DNA of 62,774 bases, the filler included. It is 13 parts of 13 records of this genome, joined end to end, with 100 filler letters (N's around TTAATTAATTAA, not from the genome) between each part and the next. Parts side by side here need not be neighbours in the genome. Positions count along the whole stretch, not along the records: positions 9,507 to 14,172 come from SRR7504441_53865; positions 14,273 to 18,755 come from SRR7504441_53899; positions 18,856 to 24,237 come from SRR7504441_53904; 10 more parts are not named here. The stretch is one strand, 5' to 3'. Positions 9,796-21,193 of this stretch are shown here, one piece after another; the stretch's first letter is position 1, and each line of letters opens with the position of its first letter. Below the pieces are notes generated by a model that was given only the letters and a program-made list of their open reading frames with translations, was not told the DNA's origin and made no database searches. The position numbers were made by a program, and so were the translations under genes.

Positions 9796-12700
9796 TCATC
9801 GGACTGGTCCAGCCTGGTCACCAAGCGCATCTTTGGTTTCGAGCAGCTTGACGATGTGATCCTCTGCCGATAGCAGCTCGGCCTCCAGCTTGGCCCGCCG
9901 GGCCCGCTCGCCCTCCAGCTTGCTCTGGAGCAGCTCTGTGCTCATCACTTCCTGATTTAAATCGTAGTACACTCCAGACGAGAGCAACTTAGTGTTCTCC
10001 CCTGCTAGCCACTCGCCTGCCGACCATTTTCAAGCACATATCACCTGCCCAGCGGCCACCTTTGGCGCGCAGCCGCGAGCTTTCATCGTGAGAGCTCACC
10101 AACTCGGCCGTGAGTGCCTCCAGCTGAGTATTCAGCTGGGTGATTTGCATGGTGGCCGAGCTCTCTTTGAACGAGTGCCGTGCGTTGTGTGCCTTGAGTG
10201 CCCTGTTCTCGATCTGGAGTTCCTCTACCTCCGGTCCGGTGGCCACGCCTTGTGGTTGGTCTGACACTAGACTCTGCACAAGCCCCGCCGCCTCCATCAT
10301 CCCCGACTGCAACCCCTTGAGAAACTGCTTATCACGTGACAGGATCCGGGCACCTGCCCTCGGCTAATCGGTACACAGCCACAGCACGGCCACCGCTCTC
10401 GCGCTCGATTGCCTCGTCCAATTCTGCCAGGACAGCACAAGCAGCCTCGGCGCTCTGCGTGGCATGCGCCCGGAGCTTGGCAAACTTGTGGTATGCAGAG
10501 TCACGAACCAGGTTCTGCTCGATCAAAGCCAGTCCAGGGTCCATCGCCCCAAAGCAGTCGGTCCACTCGCTGGCTGCCAGCGCAGGTAGCTCGCCTGACC
10601 TCATGTTGGAACTGGGCTATAGCTGGGCAGCGGACCAGTCGCAATCTCAACACCTCGGAGCGCCGTCTCGAGCTCCGTCATCAGGCCTCGCAGCTGCTCA
10701 CTAGACACACCCGATCCGCCCAGCGTCCCAGCAGGTTGCACTGGGACCAACGCACCAAGTGAGTGGGACTCAGGCTCTGGCAACGCAGCGGCCGGCAAAG
10801 CGTCCTGCAGCTTCCAAATTAGGTTACGCGTTCCTATAACGAAACAACCTGCACTGCCTGGACTGACTCGAATATCTGGCGCATCTGCCCACCAAGTCCA
10901 CCTGCCGATTGGTGACTGATGATATCAACAGCACGGCACCAAGTTGCTCTATTGCGTCGATACATGCAGCCCGCAGGTTGTTGACCGCAGTCTGCTGCTC
11001 AGAGGGTGGTGGGCCGTCAACCAGCAGCTGCCGGATCTCGGTGAGAGTGTTGTCATGCTCCGGGTCGTCCCCAGTGAGCAGCAGCTTGATTACCAGCCGC
11101 GGGATCTCATGCACCGACCCGTCAATGTTGGAGGCTTCCCCAGGGCTAAACACCTGCGCCTAGTCTGCCCAGCCAACCGGTGGATGTGCACCTTGAGCCC
11201 ACCGCTGTCAAACCCAAGCGTGATCCTCATGCCGGTCTGGGTTATATCCTTCAGGTTCTTTGCCCCAGAGATCAAGTCAATAAGGTCCACTTTAAGTGAG
11301 CCAATGCTGGTCCGCATCGGGCCGTCTCGCACCTCAATCTCAACCGGCCAATTCAACGATAAAACTTCAGTGAATTCCAGCGTCTCCAGCCAGCGCGGGT
11401 TGGTACTCGCCTTGCGCATAGTCGTGTGTGTCTCGCTCCCCAGTCGCGCCAGCACCTCCCACTTGTCTGCCACGTCGGCCGAGTCCTTGGATGGGCTGCC
11501 TGGCAGTTGGTGAGCCTCGAGCACAGTGAGCTCCAGGTCGCCCTTGAACTTCTGGGCCTTCTGCTCGACTGTCTCCGGGCCAGCCGCCTGCATCAAGCAC
11601 TCTCGGTCACAAATTCGAGTGCAAGGCCATTCCCAGCCACAATCACCTGGACCAGCCGGTCCTTCATCTTGAACCTCACCCCAGACGCGTTGATCTCGTT
11701 ACTTGCCGCCTGGAGAGATGCCACGATCCGCCCACAGTGCTGCTTGGCTTGCTCCACCTTCTCAGCTTGCCTGCTGCACGAGAGCAGCACCCCGTCCAGC
11801 TCCACGCTCAGTCGGCTGATGCACTCGGACTGAGATGTTAACTCGTCCATCAGCCGGTCAGAGATCCGGCCTATTTCCTCGTCGGATATTTGCCCGTCGC
11901 CCGGACGCAGCTTGGCCACCGGCTGGAGCTGCCGGATAGTCGGGATCACATCCAGCCGGTCCCGGCGTGCCTGCTGCTCAAGCACGCCCTGCTCGAACTG
12001 CTGGGCCTGAAGCAAGCACTCTTCAGCCACGGATCCCAGTACAAGGCCGTTCTCGGCCACAAAGCACCTGCTGCTCGGCCTCAGAGGAGTTGCTTGCCAC
12101 CTGCTTACATGTTAAGCATGCATTCCGAATTAGGAAAGTAACCTGCTCGGAGTCGAGCGCAGTCAGATGCAGCTCAACGAGCCCCGAGAGCACGCCACGC
12201 ATCGCATCAAAGTGCCCGGCCGCGTGCTCTTGGAGTTGCTCAGTCAAGCTGCGCGCCACCTGGCCCTCCTTGAGCCCGGCCCGCTGCTTGATCAGCCGCA
12301 AGCGCTCGCACAGCCGCTGGTTGGTTATGGCCATGTCTGCCATGCTCATGGTGTTCTGGTCAGCAGGTCCCGAGCCCGGCTCGATTGCCGGCAGCGGCTG
12401 TAGGCAGACTGGGCTGGGGAGCGCAAGCTCCTCCGCCATTCGGCCGGCCCGCTTCTCGACCGTGGCAGTACATAGATCTGCGAGTACCATTGCCTCATGT
12501 AGCTTGCGCAGGCTGCTGTTCAAAGTGTACCTATCCGCCTGCTGAGCTGGCAGCCAAGCAGTCAGCGCACCGCGTGCTCGATGGGTTGGCTTCGGAGTCG
12601 CCTTGGTCCTTCTCGGCAAGCGCGGTGCATAGGTCTCCGAATGTCCGTTGGACGGCATCAGCAAGACGCCGCAGCGCACTCGAGGCACCCGGCAGCACCG

Positions 12701-14148
12701 GCGGAAGTTTATGCTCAGCTAGCCTGTCCAAGCCTCATCCCAGTCCGATCCGCTCGGCCGCCTGGAGGTGAGCGCAATCTGGGCCCCGAGTGATCGTTCT
12801 GCCGGCACCAGGCTCCCGTGCTTGTTTTGGTCGTTTGTAAACGCACGCCTGATTGCATCCATGGTCTTTTGCAGCCGGGCGCTGTGCTCCTTCTCGCGCT
12901 GCAGCCGCCGGTCGGACCGTTGCGCGTTGATGTCAGCCTTGGCCAGTCTCTCCCTGGTCTTAGCGCCTGCACAGATAATAATAACGACAACGATGATCAT
13001 GATAGTTCTCTAATCAGAGAAGTGGCTCTGACCCTCTGTGAGCAACACATCACGGGCCTGCTTGAGCTCTCCCTGCAGCCGTCGGACCTCCGCTACCAGC
13101 TCACGCTCCACTGTGGCCCGCTCGCCCAGCGCAGCGGTCAGCCAGTCGCGGGTAGAGTCGAGCTGCCCCTGCAGCTGCCCCTGCGGAGGGGCAGCCTGCG
13201 CCTCAAGCGCTGTTCGCAATTCGTGATGCATCCTGAGGCGGGCGATTGCCTCGGCGGCCGGCCGGAGCTGGTTGTGCGCCAGCTGGGTGGCCCGCCACCA
13301 GACTACTGCCCGCTGCTTGGCCTGCTGCGCCCTGCCGATCATCGACATTGCCAGCCACTTGGCGCCTCCGCTCACACTAGCCTTGCTCAGTCCGGCCACC
13401 TTGTTGGCAAGCGCCTGCCGCTCGCCGTCAGAGGCGTTCCGCAACTCGGCTGTGTGCGCGGCTGCCCGCTGCTGCGCCTCATGGGCGCCCTCTAGCTTGT
13501 TCTCTGCCTGCTTGCGGAGCGCCACCTCCTGTGCCACGCTCGCTTTGAGCGCGGCCAGCTGAGACTCGAGGACTCCGGCCTGGTCGCTGCACCGGATTCG
13601 ATACGGCCTGGCTGGCGGGCCCACCGGCTCTCGCTGAGCTCCACTCGGGTTTTTGCGAGTTGCTCCTTTACCTGATCCCCCGGCTGGGCCGCCCAACTGC
13701 GGATGGGCTCACCTGCCGGTCGCTGTCCTCGCGCGGCGGAGGTTTGGGCCGCTCAGCGGTGGGCGGGTCGCTCAGCGGGATACCCGAGGGCGGCTGGAGC
13801 TGGTCCAGCGTGTAGTTGCCCGCCTGGTCGACAGCAGTGAGCTGCTGTGGCAGGCGGGTGGGTGGCCTGCACGTCGGCGAAGAACTGTTGGTACAGGACC
13901 GAGCTGCCATCAGCGCAGAAATCGACCACCTCACGCACCACCGGCGACGAGACGTCGATGTTGCAGTCGGTCAACGCGGCGAGAAAGACGTCCCGCCGGA
14001 CCACGCCGATCTGTCGCCAGTCAGCTAAGGGGGAGGCGAGGCGGCGCCTGGAGCGGATCGTGCGGTCGGAGTATGGAAGAGACCTGCGCTGTCTTTGCCG
14101 CCACGATCGCCGAAGCCTCGCCCATTTATAAGCCTCGACCACCAGCAC
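9796..14148 (-). CDS. Large multi-exon coiled-coil protein with a C2 domain and a possible N-terminal EF-hand-like segment; may be more than one gene
   Basis: C2-like LELTVLEAHQL...TNPRWLETLEF...VEIEVRD...IGSLKVDL at about 11270-11540. Co-oriented heptad-rich ORFs are separated by mini-introns. The 5' end is uncertain near the linker. Confidence 0.55.
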
Positions 14149-14355
14149 GCATCCTTGATCGGGTTCCCATGANNNNNNNNNNNNNNNNNNNNNNNNNNNN
14201 NNNNNNNNNNNNNNNNTTAATTAATTAANNNNNNNNNNNNNNNNNNNNNNNNNNNNNNNNNNNNNNNNNNNNCTCCTGTCCAACAAATCTCAATCAAACT
14301 GGCCGGCGGGCAGCGGCCAGCGGGGCAGCTGCAGCGCCGTCCGGAGGAGGCGCGG

Positions 14356-15471
14356 ATGGGCCAGCCGCACAGCCCAGAGACCACGCGGGCGCTGCTGCTC
14401 CGCTTCTCCCTCCGGGCACAGCAGGCCGGCGAGCAGGCGGCCGAGTTGTCGGAGCAGAACGCCCAGCTGCGCAAGGAGCTGGAGGCCGCCACCCGCCCGC
14501 GCCCGGGGCAGTACGAGCTGCGAGAGCAGGCGGCGGGGCTGTCCGAGACCGTGGTCCGGCTGAGCGAGCGATACGAGCAGTCACAGGCTGAGCGGGCCAA
14601 GGACGTGGCGCTGATCGGGCAGCTGCGTCAGCGGGTGGCCGAGCTGGAGGCCGAGCAGAGCCGGGCCCCGCCGGATACGAGGCCCGAGCTGGCGGCCAGT
14701 CAGGCGGAGGCCGACCAGCTCAAGCTCCAGGTGCAGGAGCAGGAGAGGCGAGCCCGCTGCATAGTGACGGCAGCCAACGCGGACGGACGGCTGTGGCGCG
14801 CCGAATTGCAGCACGAGCGCGTGGCCCGGGCAACTGAGAGCGCGCGGATGGGAGAGCAGGACCGGCAGGATGCGGCGGCGGCGGCGGAGGCGCATGGTCA
14901 GCTGGGGGAGGTCACGCAGCTCGCCTCGGAGCTCGCAGCCCAGCTGGCACAGGCAGCCGCTCAGAGCGCAGCAGGCAGCCGCCTAAACCTCCGGCTGGTC
15001 GCGGCGCTGGGCGCCTCGGCGCGGCGTCGTGCTATGTCATTAGGGTTCGGACGCTGGCGTCGAGAGTGGTGGACTGGGCGGCTGCGGGCGGCGTTGACGG
15101 GAGTGGAGCAAGAGGGAGTCGAGCTGGTAATTGCGCTGCGAGAGCGGCTGGCGGTTTCGGCGGAGCTGCTCCAGGCGGCGGAGTCGTCCCAGGCCTGTCG
15201 AGACTTGTGCCGGGCCCAACAATGCGCCTGGATGCTGCTCAAGACCAGGGAGTGGTACCGGTGGCGCCAGTGGGCTCGGCAGAGCACAAGCAAGCGCCTG
15301 CGGAGAGAAGGCGCGATGCTGTGGCGAGCGCGCCGCCGGTGCATGAAGCAACGAGCGGGTGTCCGTCAGGCGTTGAACCAGTGGCGCCAGTTGACTGTGC
15401 TGAGATCGGCTAGAGCTTTGCTCAAGGCGAGAGCGGCGCTCAAGAGGCAGCAAATCCGGGGAATACGCTGA
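14356..15471 (+). CDS. Coiled-coil protein with a W/R-rich helical C-terminus (Sfi1-like repeats possible)
   Basis: 371-aa E/Q/A/R-rich ORF with motifs FGRWR, WYRWRQW and LNQWR. Confidence 0.55.
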   Translation: MGQPHSPETTRALLLRFSLRAQQAGEQAAELSEQNAQLRKELEAATRPRPGQYELREQAAGLSETVVRLSERYEQSQAERAKDVALIGQLRQRVAELEAEQSRAPPDTRPELAASQAEADQLKLQVQEQERRARCIVTAANADGRLWRAELQHERVARATESARMGEQDRQDAAAAAEAHGQLGEVTQLASELAAQLAQAAAQSAAGSRLNLRLVAALGASARRRAMSLGFGRWRREWWTGRLRAALTGVEQEGVELVIALRERLAVSAELLQAAESSQACRDLCRAQQCAWMLLKTREWYRWRQWARQSTSKRLRREGAMLWRARRRCMKQRAGVRQALNQWRQLTVLRSARALLKARAALKRQQIRGIR

Positions 15472-15600
15472 ATTTGACCCCAAAGCCATCATATACAACG
15501 GGTGTCGTGACTGTAGTCTCTAGATATAAGTAGTAAACATATCTGTCACGAGCGATGCGTGTATTCGCAATCATTGCAGGCGCTTTATTACATTGAGCTG

Positions 15601-16389
15601 TTATGGTAGTGAGACCGGCAAGGGGTCTTGGCGCGCTGCCGACAGCCGGGCCGCGAAGTATTCCCGAATGTGCTTGATGCCCTGGGTCCACACCCGGGGA
15701 GGGGGCTCGACTATTGGGTTGCCGCTCAAGTACAGTTTAGTAAGGTGATCTCTCAGCCGCCCAAACTCCGCGGGCAGCTCGCCTATTTGGTTGTCCATCA
15801 AGTCCAGGCTCCGCAACCCGCGCAGCTCCCCGATCTCGGCCGGCAGCTCGTGCAGCCGGTTCCCGGCTAGATCAAGCTGGCTCAACGCGCTGAGGTTGCC
15901 GATCTCTTTGGGCAGCCAAAAGAGCCGGTTGTGGCCAAGCCGCAGCTGGGTGAGCCAGCCCATCAGCCACACCGCCCCTGGCACCCTGTACAGCCCGAGC
16001 CGGGCCAGGTTCAGCTCGCCGGCCTCCGCGGTCCCGCCTCGGCTGGCTCGCCTATCTCTGCACCGGGAGAGCCGCCGAAGGGCCTCAGTGTGGCTGGCCC
16101 GGGCCGGTGGGTCCACCAACAGCTCGCTGGCCGGGTTGTCGGCGCGGATTTTGGCCTCGTGCGGGGAGACGGCCGCCTGGTCCAGCTGGAGCCACTCTAG
16201 GAACACGGCGTAGCCCCAGGCATTGACAGAGTCTAGCTTGAGCTCCGGCCGGAGCCGCAGCCCGCGCAGCCCGGTCGGCTTCTCGCGCGAGCGGTCCCTG
16301 TCGAGCCAGGCGGTCGGGACGCCGGCCAGCAGACTCCGGGCCCCCTCCCGCTCCGCCGACACCATCGGCGCCGCCTCTTGTTCCAGCAT
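15601..16389 (-). CDS. Leucine-rich repeat protein
   Basis: Four to five LxxLxLxxNxLxxLPxEIG repeats and a cap (LYLSGNPIVEPPPRV..QG...IREY). Probable ATG at 16389. Confidence 0.85.
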   Translation of the reverse strand: MLEQEAAPMVSAEREGARSLLAGVPTAWLDRDRSREKPTGLRGLRLRPELKLDSVNAWGYAVFLEWLQLDQAAVSPHEAKIRADNPASELLVDPPARASHTEALRRLSRCRDRRASRGGTAEAGELNLARLGLYRVPGAVWLMGWLTQLRLGHNRLFWLPKEIGNLSALSQLDLAGNRLHELPAEIGELRGLRSLDLMDNQIGELPAEFGRLRDHLTKLYLSGNPIVEPPPRVWTQGIKHIREYFAARLSAARQDPLPVSLP

Positions 16390-16485
16390 TGGACACCCTC
16401 CCAGGGAAGCCGAATCCGTTACTAGCTTCCGTTGTGAGAGGCCCTCGGTGTGACACCGCTCATTCGGCGGTCCGTGGTGGCAGGA

Positions 16486-17696
16486 ATGGCCATCCAGTTC
16501 GAGGAGGACGCCAGCCCGCCGGCCCGGGCCCAACAGATGCTCGACCTGCTGGCGGGCGAGCTGGCCGGGGCCACAATCGAACCTCTGGTAGAGCCGGCCC
16601 TGAGCCTGGCCCAGAGCTTGCTCGTCGGGCTCGCTCTGCACGTCCACCCCGAGGACGGGGCTTTGATCAAGTACACCCCGCCAGACGGCCCAGACCGGCC
16701 CGGGCATGTGTTCGAGCTCCCGCTCCGCGCGCCCATCGCCGGGGAGGTGGCCACCCGGAGTCGGCTGGGCTGCGGGTTCGAGGTAGCCGGGGAGGTCGGG
16801 CCCAACGGAAAGCGGGTGTTCCGGCTGGAGGTGACGGCCGAGCAGGAGCGGGTGGTGCTGTCGGTCCCGGGCGGAGGCCTGTGCACAACCCCGCTGGAGC
16901 ACGCAGCAGAGGTGTATGAACGGCTATGCCCAGTCTGGCAGGAGGCAGGTGCCGAGGACGGGGAGAGCCGGAGGGCTCGGGCGTGGGAGTGGTGGAAGGC
17001 CGAAGGGCATGACGCCGAGTACGAAGGGGGCAAGACCTGGAAGCATGTGGAGAGCATTGCAGGCACGGTGCACGCTCGTGCGATCCCCGCGGGGAAGCTA
17101 GCCAGTGCGCTGGCCGGAGCGCTGTGCGGCACCCGGCAGTTCATGACCAGTTTCGTGTACAGCATGGACGAGGGCGGCTGCGTACAGGTTGGGTGCGAGC
17201 TGGAGCCGGATCCGAGGGCAGCCGACCCTGAGCATGCTTACTTTGACGCCCACAGGGTGGCCAAACAGGACTGGGCCATCGAGATCGTAAGGGAGCACAT
17301 GAGCTCGAGCACCGACCGGCTGCTGGCGGAGCAGTTTGCGCCGTCGGCTGCCAACTTTGGGCTTCTGATCAGTAGAATGGAGGAACTCGGGATGAGTGCG
17401 GCCGACCCCGTCAAGATCGCTCGACTGTTTCAGCACGGTGCGGCCCGCATTAGGGGAGGGATGATTGTGGGCGTGCAGTGAAGAATCCGGGCGGGGCCCG
17501 GTTCTGGGACATCGCAGCGCAGTGGTGGCAAAAGGACGATTTGACTTATAAAGCAACTGGGAACAAGGAGGGCCGGATCATCTGGCGGCCGGTCGCTAGC
17601 TTTGATGACGAGCCGCCCGACCAGAATAAGCCCAGTACTCCTCCCCCGCCGTTGCTCCCCGGCCACTTCGCTCTAGCACAAAACATTCAGGATTAA
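16486..17696 (+). CDS. Hypothetical protein
   Basis: Long ORF continued past the apparent stop at 17481 by a GT-AG mini-intron (..FQH|VKNPGGARFWD..). Confidence 0.55.
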
Positions 17697-17800
17697 GTAC
17701 TTTCAGGAGTAATTAATTAGTAATTCAATAACCTCGAATACTACCGTACAATATGGCGAATTCACAATGAATGTGTGTAATTCGTATTCCGAATCATGTG

Positions 17801-18511
17801 TCAGCCGCTAAACTCCACTCCTTCGAGCGGCCAATGCGCCGTGCTCCCATCCGCCACAACCCAATCTACCCGGCAGCCAGGCAGCCTCAGTTGTTCGCCT
17901 TCTCCATGCTCCCAGCCAGCACCCCGCACGCGCGTGCAGACCACCACTCGCCCTCCAGGGCTTATCGTCCCTAGCCTAAACTCCAGTCCCGCCTCCCCCC
18001 GCCAGACGGCTCCGATCCGATCTCCGCACGCCACCAACAGGCCGGTGGCCTTCATCCGCGCTGCCAGCCACGGCCCGCCCGCCTCGCGGCACCAGATCTC
18101 CTCCAGGCTGCCCGCAGGGTCCGTCTCTACCCAGACGGCCTCCTCGCCCGCCGGGCTGAAGATCCCAACGTCATCTGTGGGCGCCGGGTGCCCTGCATCT
18201 ATCGCGGCCCAGGCGGCAGCCGAGTCTAGCTGCGGCTTATCCAGGTCGAAGCAGGCGTGCCAGCTCACCTCGGCCTGCTCAACCGTCGAGTCCGGCACTA
18301 CTGCGCTGGCCAGCCCGGCGAAGGCGAGCAGGCCGGCCGCCTGGGGCTGAGACGGGATCCGGAGATCGAAGAACAGGCTCGGCGTCTGCAGGTAGAGCAC
18401 GCAGACCGAGCTGTCCGGCGGTCCGAGCGGCTGGCCCGGGCCCGCTGCCCGCCGGATGCTCCGCCGGGTCCACACGCCCTGCAGCCACTCCGGGACGCAC
18501 TGAACCTCCAT
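17801..18511 (-). CDS. HRI1-like beta-barrel protein, intronless
   Basis: GVWTRRSI, VLYLQT...FFDLRIP, AFAG, VSWH..FD, DVGIF and WVE...EEIW.R follow the HRI1-like pattern known from fungi and proteobacteria. Confidence 0.6.
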   Translation of the reverse strand: MEVQCVPEWLQGVWTRRSIRRAAGPGQPLGPPDSSVCVLYLQTPSLFFDLRIPSQPQAAGLLAFAGLASAVVPDSTVEQAEVSWHACFDLDKPQLDSAAAWAAIDAGHPAPTDDVGIFSPAGEEAVWVETDPAGSLEEIWCREAGGPWLAARMKATGLLVACGDRIGAVWRGEAGLEFRLGTISPGGRVVVCTRVRGAGWEHGEGEQLRLPGCRVDWVVADGSTAHWPLEGVEFSG

Positions 18512-19132
18512 CGCAGCTGCAGCTCGACCCGTCCCGGCGGGCTTTCCGTTAGTTGCCCAGAGCCAGTCGACCGCGGCAAGGTATGTGCCCCAAGGCCCCC
18601 GGGGGGCGCGGCTCGATTGACGGGCGGGGAGCAGATGGAGGCCGAGCCTGCTGGAGAGCCGGCCTGCCCGCCCGCCCAGCCGGAGGCCGCCAGTAACGCC
18701 ACCGCCCCAAGTGCGGCCTGCCCCGCGGGCCGGGCAGAGGGGGGGGGGGGGGGGGNNNNNNNNNNNNNNNNNNNNNNNNNNNNNNNNNNNNNNNNNNNNT
18801 TAATTAATTAANNNNNNNNNNNNNNNNNNNNNNNNNNNNNNNNNNNNNNNNNNNNGACGACATTGTAGGATTGAACGACGCCACCAGAATCAATTCAGAT
18901 TCTGAGGATGACTAATCTAGCCTGTTACTTGTGGCGACTCCGACACATTGACTGTAAATTAAACATTTGACAGACATTTGGTCTCTTGTGCAAAGAGATT
19001 TCATTCGGTGTGTATAGTTTTGTAGACTATTTTATCCTGTTGGGCCAGTGCCCAGATCTATCATAAGAGCATGTCCACGAGATGTATATATCCGGTTATC
19101 CATCACGCATATCGATACGTATCCAGCGTAAG

Positions 19133-19219
19133 GGCCTGCCAGGGTCTCTCCAAGCAGTGGAGGCCGAGCACTCGGTGCTCGCAACTTTCCTCACTGCTCT
19201 TCATTTGCCCCGGCAGGCC
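19133..19219 (-). promoter_or_regulatory. Eukaryotic SECIS element (type II) in the SelT 3' UTR
   Basis: On the minus strand: helix I GGCCTGCCGGG/CCCTGGCAGGCC; core ATGAA...GGAG; helix II GAGCAGTGAGG/CCT(C)CACTGCTT; unpaired AAA; apical mini-stem GAGCAC-CGA-GTGCTC. It begins about 25 nt after the stop. Confidence 0.9.
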
Positions 19220-19243
19220 TGCGCTAGCTCCGCGCAAAGCCTC

Positions 19244-20087
19244 CTAGTATGGCGACGTCTCAATGTTGCTGATGGTCGAAGGCTGAACACCCTGCTCCTG
19301 CAGCCCACTGCCCGACCAGTCAGCTGCTGCCGAACCGAACAGCGCACCGGACAATCGCGCCGATATCAGGGATCCGCCCATCGGTCAGCTTGGAGTGCAG
19401 GGTGACACCGTTGTAATAGACTTCGAACGCGCCTACGACAGCAAGCTGCAGCCACCCGGCACCAGCGGCAGCACCTGTAGCGTGGAGCTGCGTCGAAATG
19501 AACGAGGCCACAAACAGAATCGAGAAGCTGTTGAGTTTGTTCTCCGACATGTATTGCACCTGCCGCCAGCTTCGACCCGCCAGCTGCGGGCCCAGCCACC
19601 AGCTGCGGCGGCTGCTGGCCAGCCAAATCGAACAGTGGCTTGCCGAACAGCATCATGCCAAACCCGGCCATCTGACCGCTGGACTCAGCCGCATGCTCAC
19701 CCGGGGGCGGGCGCCTGCGCGTAGCCGATCGCCTTGCTGATCATGCTGTTCTGCGCGCTGGGCGGGTGGTTCATGCCGTGAGACTGCAGCCGGGCTGAGC
19801 GGGCAGCTGGGCGGGGAGCGACCTTGATCTGCGGGAAGTGGTACTTGAGCTGGTGCTGCAGGTGCACAAACTCCTTCTTGTAGTTTCAGCTGATGCAGAA
19901 AGAGAAGTAGACCACGTCGTCGTGCCCGTTCTTATCGTAGTGCGCCACCAGCTCGGGCGGCATGCTCGCCTCCTGCCAGACGGTGAGCGCCGGTAGCCGG
20001 CCTGCACGCTGCCTGCTTGGCCTCCGCTACCATGCCGGCCACCGCCATGCACGCCAGCACGGCCGCCAGCCCTGAGCGTCGAAGCAT
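19244..20087 (-). CDS. SELENOT: Selenoprotein T (Rdx family) with signal peptide, CxxU motif and six introns
   Basis: Spliced product: MLRRSGLAAVLACMAVAGMVAEAKQ|EASM...VYFSFCIS-UGA-NYKKEF..HFPQIK|SHGMNHPP...ENKL...TGAFEVYYNG..LHSKL.DGRIP. The in-frame TGA is at 19886-19888. Confidence 0.9.
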
Positions 20088-20162
20088 TGCGCGCCGGGCA
20101 ACCAAAACTTCGCGCAGCGCTGCGCGGGCGGGAGGGCGCTTCTCGCGAGCGGGGCAGGCGTC

Positions 20163-20827
20163 ATGTCCACCAAGGCCCGGCAGGCGGTGATCAAGCAGTT
20201 GACCAAGATGCGCAAGGAGCCGCCCGAGGGCATCTCGGCCCAGCCCGCCGAGGAGGGCCTGATGAAGTGGAGCTGCGCCATCGAGGGGTGCGGCCCCTGC
20301 CTGGCCCCGCCCGACCGGTCGCAGCCCGCGGGACTCGGCCTGGCAAGGCGCGTTGCTCCAGCTGATCGTCAACTTCACCGAGGCACCGGCCCGGCCGGGG
20401 CTGCCCAAGAGCAGGAGCGCAGGAGTACCCGATGAAGCCGCCCGAGGTGCTCTTCACCACAAAGATGTATCATCCGAACAGTGCGCCGCCGGCCGGGCGG
20501 GGGCGGGACCGGGCGGGCAGTCTACGACAGCGGGGCCATCTGCCTAGACATCCTGCAGGACAAGTGGAGTCCGAGCTACGACATGGCTGCCGTGCTGACC
20601 TCGATTCAGGCGCCCGGCCATCTCAGCCAGCCGGTCTGACCGGTGGCCAGTCGCTGCTGACCGACCCAAACCCCGATAGCCCGGCCAACTCGATGGCCGC
20701 GCGCGAGTATGTAGAGAACAGGCTGCTGTACACGCAAAAGGCGCGACCGGAGCCCGGGGTGTGCCGCTCATCGGGCGGCTGTCAGGTGATGGAGTGCGTA
20801 GAGAATAGTTGGATAGTTAAAAAATAA
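20163..20827 (+). CDS. Ubiquitin-conjugating enzyme E2, Rad6/UBE2A-like, with five introns
   Basis: Introns at 20288-20324 (GT), 20383-20422 (GC), 20481-20520 (GT), 20610-20650 (GC) and 20741-20785 (GC) give ...FTEEYPMKPP...[25 protein letters not shown]...[17 protein letters not shown]...[10 protein letters not shown]. Confidence 0.92.
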
Positions 20828-21193
20828 AAGCCGTATGCGCTCGCGCGATATACTGTGGCGTGCTAATCCTAACGACGCTGTTTACGTCTTTCTAAATCTT
20901 GAGTGCTCGTACGCAGTAACCCCCCCCAAGAACTTGGTTTATACGAGTATGCTATCTCTAAACTCCTCCCTTGTCAGCAAGCTCACACAACTTCTCTTGA
21001 CACCCAGTCAACGCCCACACCAGCACGAATCTGCTGATCATCAAAGCGTCATGGTCTCACAAGGCAGGTAGACATCACCCGAGCCAACTCCACTAAAGTT
21101 ATCTGTAGTCCGATGCTCTGCGCCGCCGACAGTGCACCACTAGATATCGCAGCACCGGCAGCGCTGGCTGATCGTCGCTACATGAGGAGCCGC

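Noticed and set aside
17478-17481. General stop-codon reassignment, suggested by many ORFs ending in mid-gene
   Set aside because: The breaks are explained by mini-introns, and TAA, TAG and TGA all serve as true stops. Only the SelT UGA is recoded.
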